DNA from: Catajapyx aquilonaris
Taxonomy: Eukaryota
Reading direction: 5' to 3'
DNA length: 50,493 nucleotides
Assembly: GCA_000934665.2 (NCBI GenBank)
Contig: KZ538734.1
Span: forward strand, 1-50,493
The notes under the pieces were generated by a model. The model was not told where the DNA came from, did no database searches, and saw only the letters and a list, made by a program, of their open reading frames with translations. This document shows positions 37,181 to 49,025 of this stretch, piece after piece (within the stretch, counting starts at the first letter, position 1; each line of letters opens with the position of its first letter). The position numbers and the translations under genes are program-made.

Positions 37181-39223
37181 GAGCGTTCTCTATTTTATAT
37201 ATATATATATAAAATAGAGAACGCTCTACTGCGATGCAGATTATTATACAACAACCAACATGAAAAGAAAAACCCCATCTACAGCCACTCACCCTGGAGA
37301 ACCCACCACGATAACTGAGGGAGATAAGAAACTTGGAATCGCACGGCACTGTACTCCCTTTGCAATGATTATTTCAGAGGTACCGGTACTTTATGTCAAA
37401 CGAATGCCATGACAACTCCCCGTCTTGACGACATTCTTCTCGACCTGAGTTATAGCATCGGATTTCGGGAGTGGGTGGGATGGTTGTTGTACGCTCCATA
37501 CCAGCAAATCCAGTGCCGGTAATCTTTCACGAAGACATCACTAAGAATCTAATCCAGTCTAAACTTTAAAAGTTAAGACACACAATATACGGCAGAATAC
37601 TGTACAGTATCCTCTAGTGAATGGCGTCTAATTTCTCGTCTGCACAATAGGGGGGTTACCTTCTAATTAAAATAACGAAACAATTAAATCTTCCGCCTAC
37701 AAACAACAAGGCCGTTACAAAAGTATGGATTGATTTGCAAAAAAAAACTACGCATTAACAAGATGTGAATTAAAAAAAAAATCAGGATTTGTTATTACGT
37801 GATGTGATTTAAATTTGATTAAATAGATGGAGCAATTTTTAGGAGCTGCGACTACACTCCGATGAATTCGACACGTTACAATAATCGTACGAATTCTGGC
37901 AACTTGCAAAAGCATCTCGCAAAAAATGATGGGTGCTGGGGACAAAGAAAATCCGAGCACAACTGCGACGAGTCAAGATCTTTGAATTTGGCTAGAAGGT
38001 AAACAGATTGCATATCGACTGCAGGTTTGGCAGCATTCGACTTCACTCTTTGGTTCCCTTTGAATATCTGGCAGCTAGAGAATATGTTCCACGCCGAGCG
38101 ACAGCAGCCTCTAAACACCATGCGATCCATAACTCTCTGCCTATACACTTTTTACGCCTTTTTTGTCTCCCGCAGGCACATTAAAAATCCACAAGTGCTC
38201 ACATAGCCACTTTATCTGGCTCAGAATGGCTGCAGACGCAATCACACCGGCTGTAATTTAGCCACTCCGGGTGAGAAGGACACATTTATTAAGAATATTT
38301 TGGAGGGTACTCAAGTCACAAGAGTCAGTCTTAAAATTGGCTCGATTTATAATACTTGATGAAACAAAGGTGTAGTCATTGTTTGGCAATTTTGCTATCA
38401 TCGGCAGTTATGTCTGGTATGCTGTGGTGTGGATTTCGGCGAGCCAGTATAATACCACTTACCGGTATGTGAGTAGAAGAAATATTGTTGTCGTAAAAGA
38501 CTGGATCCTGACTGGATCCGACCTTGAATTCAATTATTCGGGGCGTTCACTAGCCTTACAAAATAAGGGTCTTGTATTCTGTATTCGGCATGTAATTCTT
38601 GTACTGTACAGTAGGCCTACATGAAATTCCAGATAAAAAAGGGCGAAATTTTACGCATTGGAAAGACGGGCAGCACAACAATTCTGACAAAATATTGCTT
38701 ATAAACAATGATCCATTATATAGCAAAACGTCAAAATAAAGATAGTTTTTTCTCTCAAGGAACTACCTTATCTAGAACACTGCAGAAATATTCAGGGTGT
38801 TGCTTTTCCCTATATTAGTTGACGATCCGAAGAGGGAAAGACTTTTGATGAATTTGTCACTCCTGGGCTACGTTCGAACTCCCAAGGTTTGGGCTTTTTG
38901 CATGCCATATGCCGCAGACTTTGTTTACACATCCAAGCTTGCCGTATTCAAAATGCCAAACTGCACGCCTTTAGAAAAATGATAAAAAATTATCGATCCG
39001 TGTCCGTGTTAGATCAGGTCGTTCATCGCCGCATTTCCTCGATGGCACTATACCTCAAATTTCAAAACTGATAAATAATGTAGCATCAGATGTCCTAATA
39101 TATTTTTGATTCCGTTTGTGTCCTAGTAGATGTTCAAAACGATATTACAGGATGGTGTACTATCCAGGTTCCTATTCCAAAGATTGGTTAGAGAATAAGA
39201 AAAGTTATGAAATGTTTGCTTAA

Positions 39224-39638
39224 AGGGACACTCCACTCAAAAAACAAGTTTGTCTCTAAAATTCGGGCAAAAAATCCTGAATCCGACGGTGCAATTCGTT
39301 TTTCGCTACGCGGAACGGTAATCCCAGGGCGAGGTGTCAAAGTGTGTCGTCTGCTAATGAGCGACGCCGCCACGCGGGGAACAGGGGAACTGGAGGGCTG
39401 CACAGCTCTGGGATGGGCCTAAGCGCGCGGGCAGGCGGGAGCAGCCCTCCAGTTCCCAAGGTCACGAGGGCGTCGCTGGCGGACAGCCAGCTTCTAGCGC
39501 ACTATTTGAATTTCCACACTTTGACCCCTCGCCCTGGGATTACCGTTCCGCGTAGCGAAAAACGGATTGCACTTTCGGATTCAGGGTTTTTTGCCCGATT
39601 TTTAGAGCCAAACTTGTTTTTTTGAGTGGAGTGTCCCT
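39224..39638. mobile_element. Kolobok-type MITE
   Basis: TTAA|AGGGACACTCCACTCAAAAAACAAGTTTG ... CAAACTTGTTTTTTTGAGTGGAGTGTCCCT|TTAA with ~120-bp TIRs. A TTAA TSD with purine-purine (AG) termini fits Kolobok rather than piggyBac (CC/YY termini). Confidence 0.85.
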
Positions 39639-40907
39639 TTAAGCAATGAGTTCAAAAAGCAACAACCTCTAGTGAACGCGGTTCTGGTTGTTGTTTCTAA
39701 ACCCAATGATTTCTTCTTTTTAAATTGGTTGTTGGGGTTAACAATCCCAAGATTAATAATTCATTTCCTTCATTCTTGGAAAGTAAACCACTCTGTACAC
39801 AACGTTCCAATTAATATAACTCATGAGTTGACAAAAAGTCGGTTTATTAAGAAATTTCTCTCTAAGCATTACTAAGGTAGAAAAAGCAATAAAAAATTTA
39901 AAACAAAAATTCTAATTTTTTACTGTGAGACCTGTCTATAGTTAGGCCCTGGACATAGCGAAAACTTGTATATTACGGAAAATGATCCCGGAACAGAGCG
40001 ATTCCGATACGTAAGAGTTTCCTTGTTATAAGACAACGATGACATATTTGGCTAAATTGAAATGGTAGGTTTAATCCCTCTATTGAAATCAATATTAGGA
40101 ACTAATGGAGTCTGGGAATGACCCACCTGGAACTATTTGTGTCCAAGTTCAAGGGTCAAATTGTCTTCTTTAAAAACAAAATCAGGATCATGTTGCAATG
40201 GACAACGGGAAATGCTGCCATCCATCAATAATAGTGTATAAAATATCTTTGCTGCCTCTGTTAAGGTTAATTGCTTGTTAAAGATCTTAGGCCCAAAGGT
40301 TTTACAGCCCACAATACAGCTCTTCAAACACCAAAAGGTCCTTTTCTTCTGATGACTGTCCCGAAGCAATTTTTAAGCATTCTGGTGTTGATCCCCATGA
40401 TTACTCTCAGATCCTTATCCTATTGTATACATGTGTTTGTGTATTAGAGTAAGTTCAAAGTACAGGTTACGTTTCTATCTGGCAACATAAGCCTACTGCT
40501 GATGTGGCTACTACTGTATACTGTAGATGTACGCTTGCGTCAAGCGTCATCAACGCTTCAGGTACTTAGCAGAGCAATGTAATCCATTGTTCTTTGGCGT
40601 CGTTTCACAGTCTGCATTAAGCCCTCTGCACTATACCTTTGCCATAATAAAGCAAGCAGTCTACCACTCAAAATCAAGCCGGTTGACTGGATACAGATAT
40701 TGTATAATAACGCTAGGGCATTGTAAGATAACTGTATTGTTTGCTGCAAATGCAGTATCTTGACGGAAGTTTCATTTGTGTTAATCCAAAAATAGCGCTT
40801 AACATGCAAGATGCATTTAATTTTTTTAAATGTATTCTGTATTTGTGTATTTATTTTACCCCATTGAGAGATGTCTATTCTCACGTTATTGTTCCTTCAC
40901 TTATGTA

Positions 40908-41432
40908 TCCTCCTGAGACCCGAGAAGAATTGAGTAATGCAATGTCAGTTCCTCTTGCATTTTCTGAACATTTTCCCAATAAGAAACGAGAAAAAAAAAT
41001 TATAATTCTAAAATATTGAAATAATTTTTCGGATGTCCATTCAAATGGACATTTGGTCTCAGGAAGAAAAGAAAATTACCAATTCTCTACAGCAACAAAG
41101 ATTGTCAGAGACACATCTTTTCGTATTTCCTAATGCACATTCCTTGTGAATCCCAGGACATTCGCTGCATTGACGAAAATCACACTCTAAATATGAGGGA
41201 AAAAATCAAATTTATCTGATGAGCGCCTAGCTTCAGCAGCGGCATCAGCCATTTTATCCGAGATTTAATTTTCGCGGCCCAAGTCAGATATTCGACACTA
41301 GGTGGCTACAGCTATTGAGACCAGATTGTAATCATGGGATACGAACAGATTACAGTTCTGTTGGCATCACTAATTGGCGCCAAAAAAACTTTTCCAGATG
41401 TCCAATATATTGGACGCCAGGTCTCAGGAGGG
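40908..41432. mobile_element. TA-flanked MITE inserted in the RTE remnant
   Basis: TA|TCCTCCTGAGACC ... GGTCTCAGGAGGG|TA. It splits the RTE TAT (Tyr) codon of LMYGSEAW, duplicating TA. Confidence 0.82.
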
Positions 41433-41879
41433 TATGGTAGTGAAGCGTGGGTTTGATCAGATAGGCATATGAGTAGGGTGTTGGCTACAGAGATGCGTTA
41501 TCTCCGGGCTGTTTGTGGGGGTTACCAAGTTGGATAGGATTAGGAATGAGGAGATTTTGCAGACGTGTAATGTTAAGGAGACTGTTAAAGATAAGGTGTG
41601 TAGGTCTACTCTAAGGTGGTTTGGCCATGTGGACAGTGATGGGCACTAAATACTTGAATGTAATTAAATACTAAATACTAACTACTGCATAAAATGTAAT
41701 TAAATGCTAAATACTAAATACTGCACAAGAAAGTAATTAGATACTAAATACTAAATACATCAAAAGTATTTAAATATGGTACTTTCGTAAATACATTTCA
41801 AATACATTTTTTGTTAATGTGAATGTCTTGCCATCATTATTTGGATAAAAAATGAAAACATAACATATTTATATTATTA

Positions 41880-43136
41880 CGAGGCGCATCCAGAAAGTAA
41901 GGTCCATTTTTTAATTAGAAAAACCACAATGCACCCCAGAATTTTTATTTACACATCTGAAATAGACAATTGTATACTTTTTTCAAAATAGTTTTCAGCC
42001 AAATCGAGGCATTTTTCATTGAGTTACACACGATTTTGTATGTCTATGTCATAGAAGTCTGCCGCAAGCTATTTTCTCGACCCCTGAACGCTGGATTGCA
42101 ATTCTTCTTCATTGTCAACATTATGCTTTGCAAGCCATTTCTTCCTGTCAATGGACAGGTAGTAATCGCTAGGCTCCAAATCCCAAGTGATCAAACAATT
42201 CTCACTTGAATTGTTGCAGCAGGGTTCCAGCACGTAAAGACAGTAGGCAGACGGGCATTGTCCGAGGGTCTCGGCAATATACCGATACGTTCCTTATTAA
42301 TGGCCATCCTTATCTTCTGTAATGTCTCACAATAACCCTTTGGATTGATCAAACGTAGCGTTGAGTTTCGTGGTGTTTTCTTGCGCGACAGTGCCTGTCT
42401 GCCTAGTGCCTTGCGTACTGGAACCGTGCCCCAACAATATATTCAAATGTGAATTGTTAGATCACCCGGGCAAGGTTGCACCCGGGATTTAGAGCCTAGC
42501 AATAATGACCACCTGTAAATGGACAGGAAGAAATGGCTTGCAAAGCAGAATGTTGACGATGGCGAGGAATTGCATTCCAGCGTTCAGGGGTCGAGAAAAT
42601 TACTTCTATGACATAAACATACAAAATATTGGGGAGGTGCGGTGGCAGAGATGGCTTGCTGTGTGAAAGGTCCCAGGTTCGACCCCCGCCTGAGAGTTCC
42701 CTTTCACCTGCGTCGGGAGGGTCTCTGACCCGTACCTTGGAGGTGTCTGGCAACCTAACCTCCTGGGGGACATGCACATGGCTCAAACTTGAGACATTGC
42801 ACCTGCACCTACGTTCCCTCCCCAAAAATCCCTACCCTTACCCAATGTCCTTGATTTCCCTGCACCGGAGTTGAATAAAAACCAAAAATAATTAAGAAAA
42901 TATGGTGGTATCCCACCTCCCCTAAAAGAGCCACAGGCTCTATCACAGGGTAGAAGATGAAGACATACAAAATATTGTGTAATTCAATGAAAAATGCCTC
43001 GATTTGTCTGGAAACTATTTTGCAAAAATGTAGACAGTTGTCGATTTCAGATGTGTAAAAATAAAAATTCTGGGGGTGCATTGGAATTTGTCTAATTTTA
43101 AAAAAAAAACGGAACTTACTTTCTGGATGCGCCTCG
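41880..43136. mobile_element. Mariner-derived foldback element carrying degenerate transposase C-terminus in both arms
   Basis: TA|CGAGGCGCATCCAGAAAGTAAG ... CTTACTTTCTGGATGCGCCTCG|TA. The minus strand of the left arm reads INPKGYCETLQKIRMAINKERIG..DNARL..LLQQFK*ELFDH..DLEPSDYYL..KKWLA..DNEEELQSSV..AADFYDIDIQN..EKCLDLAENYFEK. Confidence 0.92.
42631..42962 (+). mobile_element. tRNA-derived SINE, family A, inserted in the mariner foldback
   Basis: Aligns with 36829-37130. B box GGTTCGACCCC. 14-bp TSD acatacaaaatatt (42617-42630, 42963-42976). Confidence 0.9.
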
Positions 43137-44267
43137 TATCATGCTGCAAGCTGCCTAGGAGAGAAAGCTGCCAATTAGCTGCTTTTATTTCATTATAGGT
43201 ATCAGAATTAAGAATTATGCTAATAATATTAAAAGGGAATTAGGGAAAGTATTTACGATATGTATTTAAATACTTCTGTATTTAAATACTCAGAAATGTA
43301 TTGAAATACAGTATTTAAATACAGAAAAATCAATGTAGTTATAAATACATATCTAAATACCAAGAAGTATTTAAATACGTATTTAAATACATTTGTATTT
43401 AAATACTGCCCATCTCTGCATGTGGAGAGGATGAAGGAGGAGGAGATTGTGAAGAAGGTTTATTTGGGTGGAGTAGTAAAGTTGGTAAGAGGGGTAAGGG
43501 TAGGCCTAGGAAGATATGGTTAGACCAGGTGGGTCAGTGCCTTAAGGGTGTTGCTAGTGTTAAGCCTAGACGTTCATGTGTCAATAGGACCATGGATGTT
43601 GCAGTATTGTGGCTGAAGCTAAGGTTGTTTGTTTGGATAGGTGTAAATAGCGTAGGTTAATTAATGGGTAGAATATTCACGGGTTTGTGAGGAATGGCAG
43701 TGTCCATTGAATTTTTCCGAATGACTGGAATGTTTGCAGGTTGGTGGGAGGATTCGGCTTCTTGAAGTTCATACTCGGGCTCTGGGTGCTGTGCAGAACT
43801 ACAAGTTTGGCAGATATCTTTTGCACAGTAATGCATAGGTTGACACCGGTAGTCATGCTTGCAAGGGTGTCTGCCTCTCTCTCTGTCCTGCACAGCACTT
43901 GGAGTTCGGGTGTGGATTTCTGTATGCTGGTTCTTCTCGCTGGCCTGTGGGTGTTCTGGTCGCTTGGAGGAGAATATTCTAGTCACTTGGAGGAATTTAA
44001 CAGTTGCCGATTCCTCTTCCAGGGGGGAGGGGGATTTCTCAAGTACCGCGTTGCATAGTCGTGTAATATTTAAATTTAAAATTTAATATTGAGAGTTTGT
44101 CGTCTGAGATGGGCAGGGGTGGGGGGCGGATGGTGGTTTATAGGTTGATTTTTACAAGTTTTAATTTGGTTCATATTTTGGGTTAGGGTTAGCTTGTGGC
44201 TCCCGCCATCGCTGACTACCCCTTATAGGGAAATGTCGTGATGGTGTTGTTGTTGTTGTTGTTGTTG

Positions 44268-44491
44268 AGAGATCATCGCTCTATTAGGGGGGTGAAAACC
44301 ACCATATTTTCAATTTTCTTGAATTTCTTCAACTCCGTGCAAGGATGAAAGGACATGGGGTAGGGATGGGGATTTTTGGGGAGGGGACACTGTTCAGTGC
44401 AATGTCATAAACTGGTCATGTGCAGTCTCCCAGAAGGTTAGGTTGCCAGACACCTCCAAGGCTCGGGTCAGAGACCCTCCTGACGCAGGTG
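44268..44491 (-). mobile_element. 5'-truncated SINE family A copy inserted in the RTE (TGT)n tail
   Basis: The reverse complement matches cacctgcgtcaggagggtctctgacc..ggaggtgtctggcaacctaacct..cccaaaaatccc..accccatgtcctttcatccttgcac. Flanked by tgttg repeats on both sides. Confidence 0.85.
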
Positions 44492-44500
44492 TTGGTGTTG

Positions 44501-44769
44501 CATGGACGTGGCTGTCTGGCTGAGGCAAAGGTTGTTTGTTTAGATAGGTGTAAATGGCGTAGGTTAATTAACGGGGGTGAGTAATGGAGGAGGAGGGAGG
44601 TATACACAGGGAGGGGATGGGACGGATAGTTTATAGTTTTATTTTGACAAGTTTTAATTTAGTTCATATGTGGAGTTGACTTACATCTTCCTTCATCGCT
44701 GACTACCCCTTATACTCTTATAGGGATATGTCGTGATGGTGTAGTAGTAGTAATAGTAAGGTAGTAGTT
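44501..44769 (+). mobile_element. Second RTE LINE 3' fragment, head-to-tail with the first
   Basis: Matches 43591-43668 (EAKVVCLDRCKWRRLI) and 44130-44245. Ends in gctgactacccctta..agggatatgtcgtgatggt(gta)n. Confidence 0.85.
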
Positions 44770-44862
44770 ATTCTATTTATTGGTATTAAAATACCTTCCA
44801 ATCGTTATGCACGAGGTAACGTTACAGGGTGGCCCATAATCCACTGCATTATGGTGTACGTA

Positions 44863-45074
44863 CACCCGCGAGCATAAAGATGGAGACGGCCGGCCCTCAC
44901 CTTCGGCAGGCTGCTCTGTCAATCTCAGCAATTACGGTATCAAATATACTGTCATAAATACACGGACACACGCTTGAAGCAGCAAACTCGGTCCAAAAAA
45001 TAGTTCATTAATTTGAGTCGGATAAAGAAAGGTCAAAAAAGGGCCTGCCGTCTCCATCTTTATGCTCGCGGGGG
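44863..45074. mobile_element. Small TA-flanked MITE
   Basis: TA|CACCCGCGAGCATAAAGATGGAGACGGC.GGCCC ... GGGCC.GCCGTCTCCATCTTTATGCTCGCGGGGG|TA, with ~34-bp TIRs. Confidence 0.8.
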
Positions 45075-48000
45075 TACATTATTTTATAACATATCTGTAT
45101 ACGTATTTCTAAATCGATAGTGGTCATCGTCAGTTATAATATATTATAAGTAGGAAAACACTGTATAGCATTACAAATTGTAGGCACAATATACTGTACA
45201 TTGGGATGCAGATTCGGAAACATGTTGTTATTTACCGGCATAAGATAATAACAACACCGCAATTTTAGGAGTAATATTTAAGCATGAAGTGTTGGTGCCT
45301 TAAAACAACAAAATAAGTATACTGACAAATAATTCATAACTGAATATCTACTCCAAAACCCATATCTATTTGGAATATAGCATCAACCTGAATCCGAGAG
45401 AAAATCTTTTGCATCACCCTGTGTAACCGCTCCAAAGCGAAGGGCTCAAGTCCTTGTTAACTGAAATTGACCATTATATGGCTGCAGCCTGATATGCAAT
45501 GGTATGATAATTGAGTCCTACTACACAACCACAATAATTTTATTACGCAGTCACGGTCTTGCAGCTTGTAATTAATCGATCTGTACTCGCAATACCACGG
45601 TTGCAGTCGAACAAGCAGCATTTTTGCAATTCCCTCAGGTTCTGAATTCTAAAGTCCTGAAAACCACTACCGAAAGTCACGCATCTCAAAATTTCATGAC
45701 TGAATCTTCCTCAAATCCATCGTTCCACGTTTTTACACACTTTACTCAGCTAGTAATTCGATAAAAAAGTGCAGACGGGGACGATAATGGGAGAAGAACA
45801 GTGGCCCACTTTTTTTTCTCTCTTTCTTTATTTCTTTCTACTTTCTCTCCGCTGTGACGATCAGTAAAGAAAACATAGCAAGCCTGAGGTTTTTCTTTTT
45901 CTTTTCTTGGGCCCTGGTGTAGGTCCGATATAGCTGAAACCCAGCCACCAAAGTGCTAACATTTTACCAAGAGTAGTTCCCCAGATTTGTTGCGACGGAA
46001 CATCTCTGCCAGACGACCTCAAAAAAGCCCGTGTCAACTCCTTCAAGAAGTAGTTTCCAGACTCTGACAAAAATAATTCTCCAGAAAAGAGGGCTTATTA
46101 ACAGAATGATGCCGGAGGATAAAATAGAACTCGGTGCATACAGGTATTGTATAGTATATACTGTGGTGCGTTGCTTTTTTTAGCCTTGGGATGCAGGAAG
46201 TTAAAACAAAACGGCCCGTTAAGGATGTAAGTGAGAGGCTTAACAAGGCAGTGTTAATCCGACTTTAGAATAAAGTACAGTACGTGTTTCAACTGATAAG
46301 GTTAAAGGATAAAGTTAAAGTGAGTTTTAAAAAGCGAACATGAGCCAGTTTGAGAGGCTTTGCAGTAATAGGAAAATAAACAAGTTCAGTGGCTTAATAT
46401 ACGTTAAGCTTACACGGCTTACACTGTAGTCTATAATATTAAAATTGTTTGCAATTTCACAATTTAATCAATGCCCGCAAGTACGGAAAATAGAAAATAA
46501 TGTTGGACAAAATCTGTGCACACTATCAAAGGTAACAACCGGTACCAAATCTGTTGCGACGGTCAACTAAAATACCACAAAAGAAGCCTCGACCTCTTGC
46601 TCTATCTATATTAATTAACTTACCGTGTTAAATCTCCAATTCTATTCACATGGCAGAAACTGTGCTTCTACTCGATGCTTACTGGCATTATTTTTCCGGA
46701 TATAAACACAAAGCCCTTGAATGAGGCTTGTTCATTAGGTCTCCGTAAGACCGAGTCGTAATGAATCGTGTATCTGTTGGGGATGGATTATATCTCACAA
46801 ATGAATCCCAAAGCACTTGCTTTGCTCACCGAGTTTGAAGCCGCACAAGTAGGGTTTCGGAAACAGGCTCTCAGGAAGCAGAATACCTACGAAGACTCCC
46901 ATGATGTTGACAAAGATTGCCGGATACTGGAAATGCGATTATGAATGCTCTGACGTCGTAGTGTGCTCTTTAGGTTATGAAGTAGGGATTAAATTTCCAT
47001 CGGTTACGTCACGCCTTTGAAAAATGTGGGTTTGATTGGATCGCGGTGCTGCCACCTGGATTGTGCTGTATACCGCAACTCAATTTAGCGTCCCAGAGTT
47101 GAGTCAAAATATTACACAGGAGCAGGTAGACTCATTTCACAAATTACATACAATAGTCGCAGCCACTTCCCATATGGTTGATTTGGTTCACAAATTATTC
47201 AAATAGAACTTCCGATAACCCCATTTGCCGCATCAGCATTATCATGGCACAATCAGCGCTTTTGCAATTAAAATGCAGTTACGTAAAGTGTCACTCGATC
47301 CATCTGCGGTTCAACGTGGATACTGTACGCCATTCATTTGGGTATACCTGGTAAAAAGTTTCCACATCGCTACCCCTGTAGGCCTACACCTCCGAGGCAA
47401 TTGAAAATATTACGCTCTTAATGCGGATATACTGTAATTGCAAACATGTGCTCGAAGGAACTCATATTTCATCCGATCTGTCCTCTGGAGAGAGAAAAAA
47501 AATTAATAAATGTTTGGAGACCTTTTCACATACTGTCTGCGAAAGGAACGAATTCAGTTGCTTTGAGCATCAAGAAGTCGGCCTCATTTTTTGTCTTCCT
47601 TTTCAAGTTGGAAATCCTCTTAGGGAACCTTCCGAAACACCACTTTGAGGCGGGAACCATCAGGGTAGGCACTGGAGCCAGGTGAAGAAGAAAAATAACA
47701 CAGCGTGTTGCGTCTCAGCATTGCCCACTTAATAAATTCCTCAGAAAAATATCCAGTGGAGATATTATAAGCCTCACCTGATCCTATGATTTTTCTTGAG
47801 AACAGTTCAGTATTGGGTTCGTCTATTTTTGGAAAACTTCCAGTTGTCATAACCATAAAACGATGATCATCTCAACAGAAGCTCTGGGTAGTAAAATGCA
47901 GGTCAAGCAAGAGCTTCCGGTGTATTTTAATAATTCAATAAATTTATTCAGAGAAGCTTAGAGATGCGTGATTTTTACTGCATAGTTCAAGTTACCAAGG

Positions 48001-48942
48001 ACTTCCCATGATACCTGGGTTCTTCTGCCTGAAATACCTAATAGCACTCAGCCGATGTCGCTGAAGCGTCTGCATGATTCTAAAAAGCAATGCGTTAGGA
48101 CTTGAAAGAAATTACTATCTTCAGACTTGCTCTACGCTTAAGCTCTAAAGCTTCTTCCATTCACCCGTTCTAATGCTCATGAAATATACCCAAATGAATC
48201 AAGCTCTTTTAAGTTTGCTTTCACTACCTTATACAGAGCTTCTTCGCTTTCTTATAACTTGAAAAGTGAAATAAGCCTGTTGACTACCAATGCACAACAA
48301 TAGACCTACAGTTAAATACGCGAAAATATTCAGTGAGATCAACAACTCTATTAAATTCATACCAATCGTGAGATATTTCATGCCAATTTAATTTTGCAAT
48401 AAACCGATCAGTCATTTTAGAGTGAAGTAGTAGCTTGATTACCTCAAATATTAGTAATCAGATTTGTGAAAAGTAAGAGTGAAAAATATAAGCCAGGTTA
48501 GTAGTTTATGAGGCCATTCGTTGCATTCACAGGCATCGCGATCTGCATTTCCATTTCTTTACCCCCACGATATTGAAGACAGGCGACGTGGGAGTAACCT
48601 AGCTGAAAGAGGATCAGTATGAAAGCAGGCGGACAAAAGACCCTTTCCGAGTATAGCCATACTTGTTGCCATTCAGCATTCCAATGTTCAATTTGGACCT
48701 TGTGATGAATATTATATGAAACTCAGGACAAACTTATAAATAAATATAACCTACACTATTCCGTTTTTTGAACACTCTTACAACGCCACAGCATGTTTCT
48801 CTGATCTTGTGTATAACTGAATATAAAACACTACAATGGGCCGACTATAATATTGTCAACGGCATATTTTTCACAGAAGATATTGTTCCTAATAATCAAG
48901 TTATAGCACAAAAAAGAACAAATGAAACGTACTGTACCTATA

Positions 48943-49025
48943 CAGGTAGGGCCGTTTTACGACTGAGTTAGATTCTAGCAAAACAGGGTAGTAAAATAAA
49001 AAGTCGTTAAAACTAGTCCTACCTG
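48943..49025. mobile_element. Tiny (83 bp) Tigger/pogo-like MITE
   Basis: TA|CAGGTAGGgccGTTTTACGACT ... AGTCGTTAAAACtagtCCTACCTG|TA. Confidence 0.55.

Larger units (their letters stand above)
41634..43418. mobile_element. hAT-type MITE (~530 bp without its nested insert)
   Basis: TIRs CAGTGATGGGCA / TGCCCATCTCTG. Perfect 8-bp TSD CATGTGGA (41626-41633, 43419-43426). Many subterminal (GTATT)TAAATAC repeats. Confidence 0.92.
40864..44267 (+). mobile_element. 5'-truncated degenerate RTE-clade LINE, split by nested insertions
   Basis: Removing the inserts rebuilds LRDVYSHVIVPSLMY|GSEAWV..ATEMRYLRAVCGVTKLDRIRNEEI..LRWFGHV|ERM..GKRGKGRPRKIWLDQV..EAKVVCLDRCK*RRLI (with stops and frameshifts), the typical RTE post-RT C-terminus. 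The 3' end is gctgactaccccttatagggaaatgtcgtgatgg(tgt)n. LINE pieces: 40864-40907, 41433-41633, 43419-44267. Confidence 0.88.

Noticed and set aside
40133..40369. ORF containing FGPKIFNK, reminiscent of CR1/L2-type LINE C-termini
   Set aside because: A single short motif is too weak to call.
44823..45421. TA-CAGGGTG ... CACCCTG as an outer MITE around 44863-45074
   Set aside because: Only 7 bp of inverted match and no TA at the right end.
47533..47671. Possible minus-strand exon (acceptor ..ctccAG, donor A|GTATGT)
   Set aside because: The peptide is not recognisable and I found no partner exon. It could be a non-coding exon, but the sequence alone cannot support it.
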